From Octopus bimaculoides (taxonomy: Eukaryota): a stretch of 64,000 nt of DNA. Below, in pieces: positions 26,138-39,478 of this stretch. The DNA lies in assembly GCF_001194135.2 (NCBI RefSeq), contig NC_068985.1, forward strand, positions 96,169,240-96,233,239, written 5' to 3'. A model generated the notes under the pieces. That model saw only the letters and a list, made by a program, of their open reading frames with translations, had not been told where the DNA came from and made no database searches. The position numbers and the translations under genes were made by a program. Positions within the stretch are counted from its first letter, which is position 1. Each line of letters starts with the position of its first letter.

Positions 26138-27479
26138 ACAAGAACAAATTGTGTAATGTTTAGGGAGGATAACAGTAACATCCTGCAATAACAACTTGGT
26201 AATTATGAAGATCATTGAAAGAAGGAAGAGGAGAGATTTAAATTTACCCTACAAAGAAGAAGTCGTCTTATCTGTCAGAAATACTTATAGGAGAAATACA
26301 AAAAGAAATAAAGAAAGCAATGTATAGGTTGTATCATGTATAATTTGATTCTGTTTATCCGTTTAATCTTTTACTGGTTCTGGTCATTGGACTCTGGCCT
26401 CACTGGGACACTTCCAAAGATTTTGGTGTGTTATATCAATCTCAGTACTTGTATTTTTCTCTCTCTTCAGTTGCCATGCCAACAAGAGTCAGCAGTCATG
26501 GATTTTCATGCCAAAATCTGAAGATTCAAGATTTGTCTTGGGAAAGATACAGCAATGGTTTCCCCTCACCTTCTATTAGTTTCTTTACAGTTTACTTTGC
26601 AAGTCTACTGAGCTTACTCTTGAAGTATAGAGACTCAACACTTAGGTACAGGACTGGGTCATGTGACATCAACCATGTTCACTCATCAGTAGCTCTGTGT
26701 GACAGGTCTGTGGGCCAACTCTCCTCAGAGTCCTGTATACCTTAGCCATAGGATCATCTGCTAACCGACCCATAAATAGGTACTACCCTTAAAAGGTACT
26801 ACCAACCCAGATGAGAGTAGTGATGACGAAGTAGTAGTAGTGGTGACTGAAGGGATAATTCCATATTCTTCAAAACTTCTAAACTCCCAAACTGGATACA
26901 GTGGATGCAATTTAATATTTTGCCTATTTTAATGACCCCCAAAAGGTGACATATTGTAAACTTTACTGTGATTTGATATCAGATTATAAAGAGATGCAAC
27001 AAAATACCATGAGGTATTTTTTCCACCACTCTGCTATCTTAAGTAAATGTTCTACCATTGGGTGAAGTGTTATTGTGATCTTTTTAGTCATTTTTGTTGT
27101 TGTTGTTCTGCTCAGTGACTAACATTAAGTGATAATTAAACAACTGATATAAAGATTTTACAGTTCTTAAATATAATTAAGCATTAGAAATTCAAATTAA
27201 AAGCCTAATTGAACATTTGAGTAAGTTAATAGTAAAGTATTTACACAGATAAAAAGGTTAAAGGTTATTACAGTATTAATACTGTAGAAGAGTTAACCAG
27301 GTAACATAATTATTATCTAATATTTGTGAGGAGATTAAAAAGTCATTATACAGAATTTTGCAACCACCACAAAATAATTAGTGATTCTTTCATCACTTCA
27401 AAAAGTATGATGAAGTCTGTGCTTTGTTGAAGAAGTCAGAATAATACCGAAACAGTTGAGGTCAGAATGATACTGTTAA

Positions 27480-27748
27480 TTATTATCATCATCATTTAAT
27501 GTCCATTGTCCATGCTGGCATGGGTTGGACGGTTTGATCAAATCTAGCAAGCTGGGGAGCTGCACCAGACTCCAGTTGGATTTGGCATGGTTTCTCCAGC
27601 TGGATGCCCTTCCTAACATGCCAACCACTCCAAAAGTGTAATGGGTGCATTTATGTGCCACTTGTGTGACACCAGTATCTGCCATAACTACAATTTCATT
27701 TGGCTTGATGGGTCTTCTACTCAAGTATGGCATATTGCCAAAGGTCTT
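27480..27748 (-). mobile_element. RTE LINE 3'UTR fragment
   Basis: catcatcatttaatgtccattgtccatgctggcatggg...ctggatgcccttcctaac. Confidence 0.8.
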
Positions 27749-29300
27749 AGATCATTAACTACTATCTTATTCTCAGGTGCAAGAGATTTTCATAAATGGA
27801 AACAGATAGAGACAAGTCACTGGATTTAAACAAAAAGGTGGAATAGATGGTTACATCATTTGATTAGGAATGATTTGGATGAGGGCAATTGACAATAACA
27901 AACATTTATTGATAAAAAGTCTAGGGTCAAAGAAAGCACAACTGATATAGCAAGTTCAGAATCCGGAAGATTAAACAGAACACAACACATGATAAATTAA
28001 CACAACCAGATTTCAAAGTGTTTTTTATTGAAGGGCTTCACTAACATTAAAATCAAGGAGAGTATTTTGGTTTAGTATTCTAAAGTTTATCTCTCATACA
28101 AAAGACAGCCAATATAACTGATTTTTAAAGACTTATTACTGAAAATAACTAATTAAAAGTGTTATAGGAATTTTTCAATAATGGTTTCAATTGCTTAATG
28201 GTATTGAAATTGAGAGGAATAGCACTGAGAGTCAGAAGAATCTTATCTTAAAGAGTCATAAGACTCCTATTATGTGTCTTCATTTATGGGCAGAGAGAGA
28301 GAGGGAGGGAAAGAGAGAGATGTTGAATTCACGTAATTCAAAAGTACTTACTTCAAGGCAATTCATATTCTGTGTCTAAAATAGGGGGGGGGGCAGTGTT
28401 AAGCAGTGATGTGTATAAATACAAACTTGTTACAAATTCAAATATGCTCGAGGAATATTTGAACCTGTGACAAAGCTATTCACTGCATTTTGTCATGGAG
28501 AATATTTCTCAGTGTCAACAGAAATCACGTCGAGTTAGCCCACAATGTCCTCTAACCAGACTGTTGGATGCATGCATTTTGGAGTGGTTTTCTCTTCTTC
28601 AGCAACAGAGACCGGAAAGGCAAAATGCTGCAGGGCAATTATAGGGGCTGATTCTAAACAACGCAATTTGTCATTTTCCCTTTTAAGTGTAAAAACAAAT
28701 ATAATCTTATATCAACACACATAATAAACATTTGATTTATTAAGTGGAAAAAAGTTGAAGATAAATAGCATCTGAAACTCTCAAAGTTAGAAGTATGAAA
28801 TAAGCATTGTAAGTAACAAGGTCTTACAAATCTTATTTAAATTTCTTATAGATGTAAGGATATGAATCTAGTGTGGAATATTATTTAACCCTTTGAACTT
28901 CAACTTGCTCTTAAATATTAAAGTGTTCAAATTTATGTTCATATTTTGGACTGAAATCTTAATATTACATAAGAGATTCTATTAAATTTTGTATTGCTTT
29001 ACAAATACTAAGACATTGCTCCACCTTTCTTCAGTGAGGGCTGTGAGTATTGTTTTTTTTTTTAATGTTTTTTGATATTTATGATACATTTAACTTTTAT
29101 TACTTTGAAAGTTACTATTTCTTTAAGCCTCTCGTAATACTTAACTGTTTCAAGAATAAAAGCACAAAACCAGAGAGTATTTGTGTCAGGGGTTAAAAGC
29201 AATCATTTTTGAAACAATTTTAACAAACGGAGATAAGTTTGTTAAAACCACATTAAGTAATGTACTTTTTACATTAGCATGACAATATACTTTCTTATTA

Positions 29301-29490
29301 AGGCGGTGAGCTGGCAGAAACATTAGCACACTGGACGAAATGCTTAGCGGTATTTCATCTGTCTTTACATTCTGAGTTCAAATTCCGCCGAAGTTGACTT
29401 TGCCTTTCATCCTTTTGGAGTTGATAAATTAAGTAACAGTTGTATACTGGGGTCGATCTAATCGATTGGGCCCCCTCCACCAAAATTTTC
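29301..29490 (+). mobile_element. SINE family B
   Basis: aggcggtgagctggcagaaacattagc...gactttgcctttcatccttttggagttgataaattaagtaacag. Confidence 0.85.
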
Positions 29491-29589
29491 CTCTGTAAGG
29501 ATCAACATCTGAAGCTGTAAATAAATGGATGTATGACAGAGCAATAATTTTTCTTTTTGAATTTAAGTTCCTTTTCTTCATTTTTCAGG

Positions 29590-30010
29590 AGAGTTACAGG
29601 CATGTTGTGTTTAAGAAGTTTGCTTCCCAACTACACTGTTTCAGGTTCAGTGCCACTGCGTTACACTTTAGGCAAGTGTTTTCTACTATGGTTCCAAGTC
29701 AACCAAAGCTTTGTGGGAGAATTTGGTAAATGGAAACAGAAAGAAGCTTGTCATGTGTGCATGTGTGTGTGTACATGTATACATCTATGTCTCCAAGTGT
29801 TAGTTGTAAATGAGCATCATTGTCATAGAAGCAGTGTTGTTCATTTCCAGTACTCAGCAAAAACATGTCTGGTCATGGAGAAATATTACCTTGCTTGAAA
29901 ACAGACAAGGTTTGGTGACAGGAAGGGCATCCAGCCGTAGAAAATATGCCCCGATAAACTCCATCCGACCCACGCAAATATGGAAAAGTGGATGTCAAAA
30001 TGATGATGAA
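29590..30010 (+). mobile_element. SINE with family A head and RTE-type 3' tail
   Basis: A-type head (tttgcttcccaac...caggttcagtgccactgcg), a different middle, then aggaagggcatccagccgtagaaa...atggaaaagtggatgtcaaaatgatgatga. Confidence 0.7.
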
Positions 30011-31016
30011 AGACATAGCATTTCCAGTCCATACTACAGACCTGCTTCGGCTGTTATAAAATTTATTGATGCGTGTTCACTAAGCATCTGTCTCAAAGCA
30101 GCATTTGCATCAGGACAAGTTATGCTCCTTAGAGTAAAGATCCCATTACTTCCTGCACAAGTTTAAATCCTTATAATCAAACAACATGCAGGCTTCTCTG
30201 CAACAACAATTGACATTTACTCAGAAACATCTCATGAGGAGACAAAGAAAGGAGTCACAACTGAAGAGACAGGTTAAGGTTGCTGCAGAGAGTGGTGTCC
30301 ACTTCACACAACAGCTAACATCAGTTCAAAAGATTAGAACCATTCCCCACAAAAATAATCGGTCTTTCATCCAAATAATAATACGCACTTATAATTTTAA
30401 AAATAATATCAAGTTATTTTAATTCTGATTTTCATTGCATTTATTCATTTTTAAAAAATAATTTTCAAACAAAAATCTTTTTGTCAATGAATATAATATT
30501 TTAATACTACTGAGAAACTGATGAACATTAAAAAAAAAACAACAACAACAAACAAAGCTAATCTCGAAAGAAAACAATTAACTCAAAGTAATCAAGAAAA
30601 TTACAGGAAAATACAATAGTGATGCCTAAAATAGGAGAGGGAATTCCAATGACTGTTACAGCTCTAGATAGTCGTTCTTTGGGTGATTTGATACTTGACT
30701 AAGATGCAACTCCATTTGTTATTTCTAACAAGAGATTATGTGTTTTGACAGTAAAACTTTTGATCAGAAGAGAAAAATTGTTGAGTGAGGAAAAATGCTT
30801 ATCTTGTGTTTACAGCTTAATGAAGACATAAATGTACTCTTGTTTATCTTTTATTTATATTATTTATTTTGTTACCTTATTCAAAATGGTAGGCATATGT
30901 TTAATGTAGTTTCAATGGATAGTAAGCTGTTGTTAATAGCATTATATTATAAAATACTACATGCACTTGTTTCTTATTTAGAAAAGATTTTACTCATAAC
31001 CACAACAGAATAAGTT

Positions 31017-31236
31017 GTTTCTTTTACTTTCTTTCATTTGTTTCAGTTGTTTGACTGCAGCCATGCTGGAGCACCGCCTTTAGTTGAGCAAATCGATCCC
31101 AAGACTTATTCTTTGCAAGCATAGTACTTATTCTATCAGTATCTTTTGCCAAACTGCTAGGTTATGGGGATGTAAACTCACCAGCATCAGTTGCCAAGCG
31201 ATGTTGGGGAGGACAAACACAGACACGCACACATAC

Positions 31237-31275
<39 letters not shown>

Positions 31276-31430
31276 CGACAGGCTTCTTTCAGTTTCCATC
31301 CAGATCCACTCACAAGGCTTTGGTCGGCCTGAGGCTATACTAGAAGACACTTGCCCAAGGTGTCATGCAATGGGACTGAACCCAGAACCATATGGTTGGT
31401 AAGCAAGCTACTTACCACACAGCCACTCCT
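31017..31430 (-). mobile_element. SINE family A, full length
   Basis: Reverse complement of the consensus, ending cttaccacacagccactcct. Confidence 0.9.
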
Positions 31431-31549
31431 GTTTGCAGATTTTTTTTTTTAAATATGCAAATATCAACAATGTTATAAGCAATTTATTTAAACTGAAATC
31501 TGGCTGTTGTTAAACTACATCTTGAGTAAAGCTATGATGAAATGGGTGC

Positions 31550-31900
31550 AGGAGTGGCTGTGTGGTAAGTAGCTTGCTTACCAACCACATGATTCTGGGT
31601 TCAGTCCTACTGTGTGGCACCTTGGGCAAGTTTCTTCTACTATAGCCTTGGTCTGACCAAAGCCTTGTAAGTGGATTTGGTAGATGGAAACTGAAAGAAG
31701 CCTGTCGCATATATGTATGTATGTGTGTATATGCTTGTGTGTTTGTGTTTGTCTCCCCAACATTGCTTGACAACCGATGCTGGTGTGTTTACGTCCCTGT
31801 AACTTAGCAGTTCAGCAAAAGAGACCAATAGAATAAGGACTAGGCTTACAAAGAATAAATCCTGGGGTCGACTGAAGCAAGTAAAAGAACAAAAGAATAA
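31550..31900 (+). mobile_element. SINE family A
   Basis: aggagtggctgtgtggtaagtagcttgct...ggggtcgactgaagcaagtaaaagaac, with a small 3' deletion. Confidence 0.9.
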
Positions 31901-32649
31901 ATAGTTGTGAAAAAGAAAACTCTTTATAAAATACTGAATGTAAAAATAGTTCTCCATAATTAAATAATTTTATATGCTCAAAATGTAACTGTGATTAATA
32001 AAAGAAAATATTTCTGTGGCAGAAATCAACTGTTTGCATTATAAAAGATTTCAACTTCATTAAATTGAAATTAAAAAACAGAAAGAAAACCCATCTTGAT
32101 ATGTATACTGACAAACTAGTCATCTTTGTATTCAGTGTATGTGTGTTAAATGACTTAGTTAATAAACAAAATATCTTAAGTAAACATAAAAAAACAATAA
32201 TCTAACTATACCAACAAAGCATTTTTTAAATAACTCTCACTAGTTTTAAGATGACAACGCCCTACATATTTTGGTCATGTTAACTTAGAAATAAAAACAT
32301 GATAATGAAATTAATTATATTTTCAGCTAACTAACTTATTTCAACTAATATAATAGATATGAAAAAACAACAAAAAAACCAAATGAGAACAAATTCTAAT
32401 TTAAATTGTTATAGAGCTTGACTGTAAATGTCTTTTCTACAATAGTTTATTAAATGACACAAAACTTCAAAACTGTTCATTTTACAAGCCTCTGTGTCTT
32501 TTTTTGACCTGTAACAAATAGCAATAAAATTTTCCTTATATAAAACACTAGTCTCTTAAAATGGGTAAAGTCTGAAAAAAAAAAAGCGAAAAAGAAACAA
32601 ACAACACAAGGATGACTATGGTTGAAAAGTTTTTGGACATGAGTCTGCT

Positions 32650-33100
32650 TCACATGAATGAGTACATAAAGAGCCAGGGTCTTCTCAGTAGCTTTTGGCA
32701 GTGAAAGGAGAGCATTCCTTAAGGCATCCAGAGACTCGACAAGAACAACTATGTCATCAACAAAATCTGGGTCTGTAATCCTAGTTTTACCAATGAGGGC
32801 ATCACAACTTGATCGAACCACCTATCAACCAAGTATTTAACCCATGCAGGCATTGGAACAGAGCAGGAGCCAAGATATAACCCTGATGAACCCCAGATCT
32901 AACTGGGAAAAAGTCAGATGTTGAACCCCCCCAATCTGAACTGCATTGACTGTTCCAGCGTACAAGGCCATCATCAGCCCAATAAGTCAAGGAGGTACTT
33001 CATTGCTCCAGAATCCTCCAAAACATATCCTTGTCCACCAAGTCAAGCATCCAGCAGAGATGAAGATAAACTCCAAACCACTTGGTTGGGAAGCACATAG
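32650..33100 (-). mobile_element. Non-LTR retrotransposon reverse-transcriptase fragment (RTE-like, degenerate)
   Basis: Minus frames give SDFFPVRSGVHQGYILAPALF (GVRQG motif) and ITDPDFVDDIVVLVES (FADD catalytic motif), with frameshifts between them. Confidence 0.8.
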
Positions 33101-36100
33101 TCAGTCCTGTACCTTATATTTCTAATAGACTGTTGAATTGTGAACACATATCCACAATCCATTTGAGGTTCTCTTACATAGAAACATGGTGAAAAATACA
33201 TTAAAAAAAATTCAGTGAAGTATTCTGAAAGGTCCAATTACTGTAGGTTTTATATATGATTACATCCAGATAGCATGGTCTTTTCATGGAGCAAATTAAC
33301 CATGTCAACTGGTGAATCCCTGTACTTATATTTTATTGCTATATAAGAGAATGGGGAGTACTTTGAATATCTATGTGAGTCCTCTCAGATTACTGTTTTG
33401 TAAAATGGTAAGACCTATGATGAAAGGTTCCAGCAATGAACATCCCATAGCCTAGCTTTTCCCTTGGTATTGTGTACTACACACTACATTTCTAATGTGT
33501 CCTTTTCTCATGTTGGCATACCGTAATTTGAGGGAGATTTGACTGCTATTTCTAGCAGGTCGAACTACCACATAGAAGTTTCCTAAATGAGATTATCTCT
33601 TTAGTACGATTAATAAAAACACAGAAGAGAAGTGATTTATACCAATAACCATATGGCAGGAAAATGAGCTGCGTAGAGTGGGAGTGATCTTTAAAATGTA
33701 ATGTAAAATTATGTAATGTAAGTAATGTGAAGTTTAGGAGGTGTCACATGAAAGGCAATGGGTACCCTGTAACAGTGGTGCCATAATACATAACACATTT
33801 TGAAAAATATAGTCCATTATTGTTGCAGTAATGTATTTATGTATGTATGTATGTATGAACAAAAGAGAGCAGCTAATGAGAATGATGAATGAAGAATAAG
33901 AATTATCAGTAAGGGAGGGTTTATCATTGTAATGTGATAAGGAGTTGAGGGATTTGCAAACTTGAATGTTATTCACTAAGTAGAGCTCCATCTGGTCTCC
34001 AGTAACCTTGAACGAGTTTCTCATAACAGGAAGTAGAAAAAAAATATATACAGGATTATGTGACAACTTTCAAAGTAGCTTCTAAAGGACATTGACCCCA
34101 GATTTGGATCCTCAATTCTCAAGTAGAAGACTCCTACTTGGAAACTGTTTAGTCAAGTATACTCTATAACAGTGAGAGCTAAATAAGTAATCAACATTCC
34201 AATCGACCACTCTTTGGAATCTTTACAAGATTTTTTTTTGCAACAGAGGAGATCTCATCAGAAGTACTCAATAGTTAGATGGTGTTGTTTTATAAATGTA
34301 TGTCAAAGTTTACTACCATGAGAGAAAAAAAAAAGAGGCCATTGAGGGAGCCGAGCCTTGAATTATATCCTGCTTATAATCTTTGAAAAGAACTTATAAG
34401 AACTTTTTGGAGAGGGTGAGATGTGAGGGTCATGGCAAGAACACCTTTGATAATAAGTCAACTTGGAAAGCTTTGGCTTGGTTCTAACCTACAACAACAA
34501 CAACAAAGAGTTGGGGGAATGGACAGAAATGAAGAAACGAAAGCAACATTAAAACAACAAAAATAGATTAAAAATTTCTATGAGATAATATTCCTCTCTA
34601 TCACTTCCCATATCCTGCTACTGCTTGAGTGGAGTCTACATTGCTTTCTGCTGTTTGTTTTTTTAATTTATTTTATTTTTATTGTTTACATTTCCTTTGT
34701 GATATTAGGCAGTCATAGATATTTTCACTAGAACTGCCATCACACCATTATTTCTGTAATAATCATAAGCTGTGGCTCCTTTCCACTGTGTTGAAAATAC
34801 TTCTTTGGTGATAGAAGAAAGAAAGCATTAAAATATCATCTACTCATCTTTCTCAGTCATCTCTGTACACGGAAAGTGGGAGAGGTGGAGGGGTAAGTGT
34901 TAACAAAAAAAAAATGCTTCTGAGGATCTTCATCTTGTGAAGCAACATTCACACAAGTTTTAAATGCCCTGGAACAAAAAAAAAAACAAAAAGAAAAAAA
35001 CATTTCTAGCTAAAAAGAATATAATCACACAATACTGACTTTACTATTATCAGCAGCTCTTCCAGATAATACTTATTACTTAGTATTATTAAAGCAGTTT
35101 TTTTTTTTTGAAGAACTATATATAAACTAAGTTTTTTTTTTTTTTGTTTTGCATCAACAAAATTAACCTCTTTAAGCTAACCTTAACTAAAGTAACAAAG
35201 CAAAAAAAATATAACAGACCAAACATTTTGTTTGTGTTTGAAAAAACTATGAGATACAATTTTAAGCATCTTTTCAGTTTAGCAGTTATATTTTCTTGTT
35301 GATGAAACGATTGCAATAATTATTGTCTGTTGGCTTTAATGTTTTATTTCTTGCTGTTTTGCCAAGCCTGAGAAATTTCCAGGCCAACCCCTCCATCCCC
35401 ATCTTCTGATTAATGCCAACTATCACATGATTACAGCCTCTCATTATTTACTCATCCCAACCAACTATCTTATTATTATAATTATTTAACATTTACTTAT
35501 CTATTCCTCCATTTTATTACATGTCAATCTACCTCTCTCCGTCTATATATCAATCTCCCACTTTTTTTTTAGTGGAATGCTTCTTTAAACTGCCTAACAT
35601 GCAACCAAACTTCTGATATACAACACTGCACTACAGAGCCAAAATCTAAATAAGAAAAGGAAAGAAAGAAAACAATAAAACTCACAACAGTGTTCTTTCT
35701 TCTAAAAAGTAATGCTCAAGATCAAACAATTCTTATCTTTCAGGGAGTTTCCCAATCTAATATTTAGTACATATTGAAGAATAAGCATCTCCCTTGCAAA
35801 TAAGAACAAAAAAAACAAAACAAAATAAAACCACCAGAATTCACACTGTAGAGGTTGTAAGATTCAAAGTGTATATTTCATAAATGCTGACCAGGTCCGA
35901 TGACTGTTGATCTTCATTTCTCAAGTCCTTTCCTTTCCAATAATTATTATCAAATATCTTTCACTAAAGATAATTTCTTCGCTAACCTTTTCCTGTCTAA
36001 CTCCACACTTGATAACTCAGCAAAGAGCTATCATTATTATTCCCTTCACAGAACAACTTTTTCCACCATGCTAAATGTCACATTTAAACAGCTCTCATTA

Positions 36101-36522
36101 AAAAGTAACAAAAGGAGTAATCAAGGCATAAAACAGTCTTAAAAACATCGACTGAGTTGATTTGGACAACAGTCTCTTCTTTTTGTTTTTTTTTTTAACT
36201 TGTTCTACAACTAAAGCTCTGGACTATTGCCAACAAGGCTGCGAGCTCAATTCTGCTACAAGCATGTATATTGCTGCTACACAAGGAACATTAGTTTGCT
36301 AATCTTACACCACTAAGCCAAAAGAAACGACTTCACAGAGTTCTGAGCACTGGGAAAAATTATCCAGGAAAAAAAGACATTTACTCGGATAAGACACAAA
36401 AACCAACCCCTTTTGCCACTGATGTTTTTTAATGGAAAGGGGAAAGATTAGGTGATGTCCTTATATTTCTGAAAGGCAGTGTCAGCTAAGGCACACAAAT
36501 GACCAATCAGGAAGTTGTTTAA

Positions 36523-36742
36523 CCCTTTAATTTTCAGATTACTCTGTTAAATGTAATCCTTTTTCACTTAAATTGTTTTGAATTAATTATGCATTATCTC
36601 ATAGCTTTGAGATTTCAATGATGTGATTGTTTATTTTTAGAATGTCAATGTAGGTTAGGTGTGAAAGGCTAGATATGGCTAGTTCAAATATAAAACATGT
36701 AGAACATTTGGGCCAGATATGGCCGGTTTAAACACTAAAGGG
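36523..36742. mobile_element. 220-bp MITE, piggyBac-like (TTAA TSD, CCCTTTA termini)
   Basis: ttaa|ccctttaattttcagattactctg...ggccggtttaaacactaaaggg|ttaa. Confidence 0.8.
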
Positions 36743-37217
36743 TTAAGTTGGTTTTTCAGAAAGTAATATTGGCCCACAGCAGATATGAAACCAGAAAATT
36801 GTATACTAGAAATCCCAGATCAAAACCTAGTATTGTGTTTTTCATTTTTTAGATGGAGAAACACTGCCCATAACCTTTATTGATCATCCCCTCAACCAGA
36901 CTGGTGAAATCAATGCAACGAATGCCTAGTTTTAACTTCTGTGGGAAGAAGGTAGAAAAAGAGGTTATTTATGAGGTTTACAGCTCTGGGGAGGAGTGTT
37001 TAGTGCATAAACAGAAAGATGGAATGGTTTTGAATATGAGAGAAAATACGAGAGTATCGAATGAACTTAAGTAGAGAAAAAGCTTGGAAGCTTGGTTCAC
37101 AAACAGCAAAAGGTATTCCTGCTTGAAATCATTTACAGGCATAGAAATATCTCTTGAGCTGAAGAGCAATGTTCCATGAAGCCATAATAGAAGCAGATTG
37201 ATAAGAAGATATATAAG

Positions 37218-37372
37218 ATGGCAGGCTGGCAGAATTGTTAATGTATCAGACAGAACTGCTTAGTAGTATTTGTTCTGGTTCTATACATTCTGAGTTAAAA
37301 TTCCACCAAGGTCAACTATCTTTCATACTTTTGGGATTGATAAAATAAGTATCAGTTAAGCAATCAGCTTTA
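37218..37372 (+). mobile_element. SINE family B, degenerate
   Basis: ggcaggctggcagaattgtta...ctgagttaaaattccaccaaggtcaactatctttcatac. Confidence 0.65.
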
Positions 37373-37380
37373 TTCCTCCT

Positions 37381-37552
37381 TGCAAAACTGCTGGCCACAT
37401 AAAAAGCACCCAGCACATTCTGTAAAGTGGTTGGCATTAGCAAGGGCATCCAGCCATAGAAAAAAATGCCAAAACAGACCGGAAGTTGGGTCAAACCGTC
37501 CAACCCATACCAGCATGGAAAACATGATGATGATGATGATGATGATGATGGT
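37381..37552 (+). mobile_element. RTE LINE 3'UTR fragment
   Basis: ataaaaagcaccc...ggcattagcaagggcatccagcc...cagcatggaaaacatgatgatgatg. Confidence 0.75.
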
Positions 37553-38542
37553 GATCTGGGGTTTAGACTGTGTTGTCTAGTTAACAAGGAGATGCACAAA
37601 AGGAAAAGCATACCCATGACCATAATAATAAATTCAGATATTTGAAGTCAAACATTTTCATAAAGAAACTGTGTGTCAATAGTTCCATTACAATTTCATA
37701 AGAGAGAAATAAGCAGTTAGACAAGATTAAGAAATGTAAAAATAAGGAGCAAAAAGACAAAAAAAAAAAGATAAGTGCTAAAATGAAGAACAATAAAACT
37801 TTGTTCTATCAGTCTAATTTTCTCATAAAACATTAACTCCAAAAAAAGTCCCACGATTAAATGTGTCAAAGCATGGTACATCTTACTAAGCCATACATGC
37901 TAGTGAGTGGCAGCTAAAGTTATACACACACACACACATCACATATGTGTCCAGACCTTCCATCCCCATGCTCTCTTCCATCAACCCTTTTGTACCTTGA
38001 GTGTACACTGCCACCATATTACCACCATTTTTATATCTCTTTCCATCTCCACCTCATTTACTCCCATGCAACTTCACATTATGTTGGGAAGCCATGATCC
38101 TGTCCCTTTTATCACACTAAATGCTGAATACTTCACATAAAGTCACATCCATCTTTACTCCCATCATTTGAAGGTGTTATTTAGTCATTGCAAGTTACAC
38201 TGTAACTGCAGGTGCCATGAAAAAGCAGCCAGTAGACTCAGTAAAGTGGTTGGCATTAGGAAGGGCATCTAGCTGTAGAAACCATGCCAAAACTGAGACA
38301 CTAGAACAAGATGTGGTCCTCTGGCTCATTGAATGTTGTTGAACCATCCCTCTCATGTGACCAGGGAAAGGAGATATGATGTGAGATGATGATTGATGAT
38401 CCTGGCATAAAATTGGATCACTGTGTCTCAATGTTGTATGTGGCAACAAGGACACTTGGCCATAAAACACCACCTCAGAAAACAAGTCTAACCAATGCCC
38501 ACTTGGAAAACAAAATAGAAATAGAAAGGAGCATGATGTGTG

Positions 38543-38578
<36 letters not shown>

Positions 38579-39478
38579 AATTTACACTTATCTAAAAACT
38601 AGTGATGTTTCTGTAGTGTTCTTTTATTTTTATGGTTTTTCTCAATGGTTTTGACAAATAGGTGTGGATGAAATAAATATCAGATTGAAATACACACTAG
38701 TGTTGAAATGATTGACTAAACTCTTGCAGGTGGTATTCTGCCTGGCCACAGTCCATTTAACTGTAACTGGTAAAAAAAATGAAAGAATTTTGAATTCATC
38801 ACAGATATTTTTAGCACAACAATTAATTTCAAGATCTTTTTTTAAATCTATATATAATTTTATTTAAACTTCTAATTTACATTTCTTTCTCCTGTCTGCT
38901 TACAGGCATCAAAATATCAATTTTACCTGCTTACAAAGATCATGGGTATCACCTTTTGACAAATTAATTATTTATTTGAAAATAAGTATTTTCACTTAAA
39001 AAATAACTTTTTAAAGAATGTAATGAATCAAATTAGAATTATTTGTAAACATAAATTAGATTAATTAAAGGATGTAATTTTTATTGTTAACCATATGAAG
39101 CTGATCAGTGTTATAAAGTAAAATCCACACAAATTTATCATTTCCAAGTGCTAAAAAATTTTTATGCTCAATATATTTACATGACAAAAGATAATGTTCT
39201 ATTTACTGCCTCTGTCTAATATACCTCTTAATGTCTTCAAGCATACTCTTTCAGTAATTTTTTTCAAATTTTCTCAATAAATATATATCAACTTGATTAA
39301 TGAACAGCTAATAAATGCTTAAAACTTCTTTCTTCATCATGTCCGTAAAAGTATAATTGAATCTATAATGCATTCTTCATAGTTATGAATGTAATATTAA
39401 TAAAAAATAGGTTACACTTATAACTTACATCTGAAGAACTGGTTTCACAAATTTTGAAGTTGAGATGAAAAGCCTTAC

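Noticed and set aside
30042-30143. Minus-strand exon-like frame SNGIFTLRSITCPDANAALRQMLSEHASINFITAEA with AG/GT ends
   Set aside because: Protein-like, but no homology recognised and no convincing phase link to neighbouring exons; not asserted without RNA data.
33900-34040. Minus ORF NSFKVTGDQMELY resembling HSF2BP KFFSITGQTMESF
   Set aside because: The downstream FVFALAG motif is absent and splice sites are poor; the 39.5 kb exon fits that region better.
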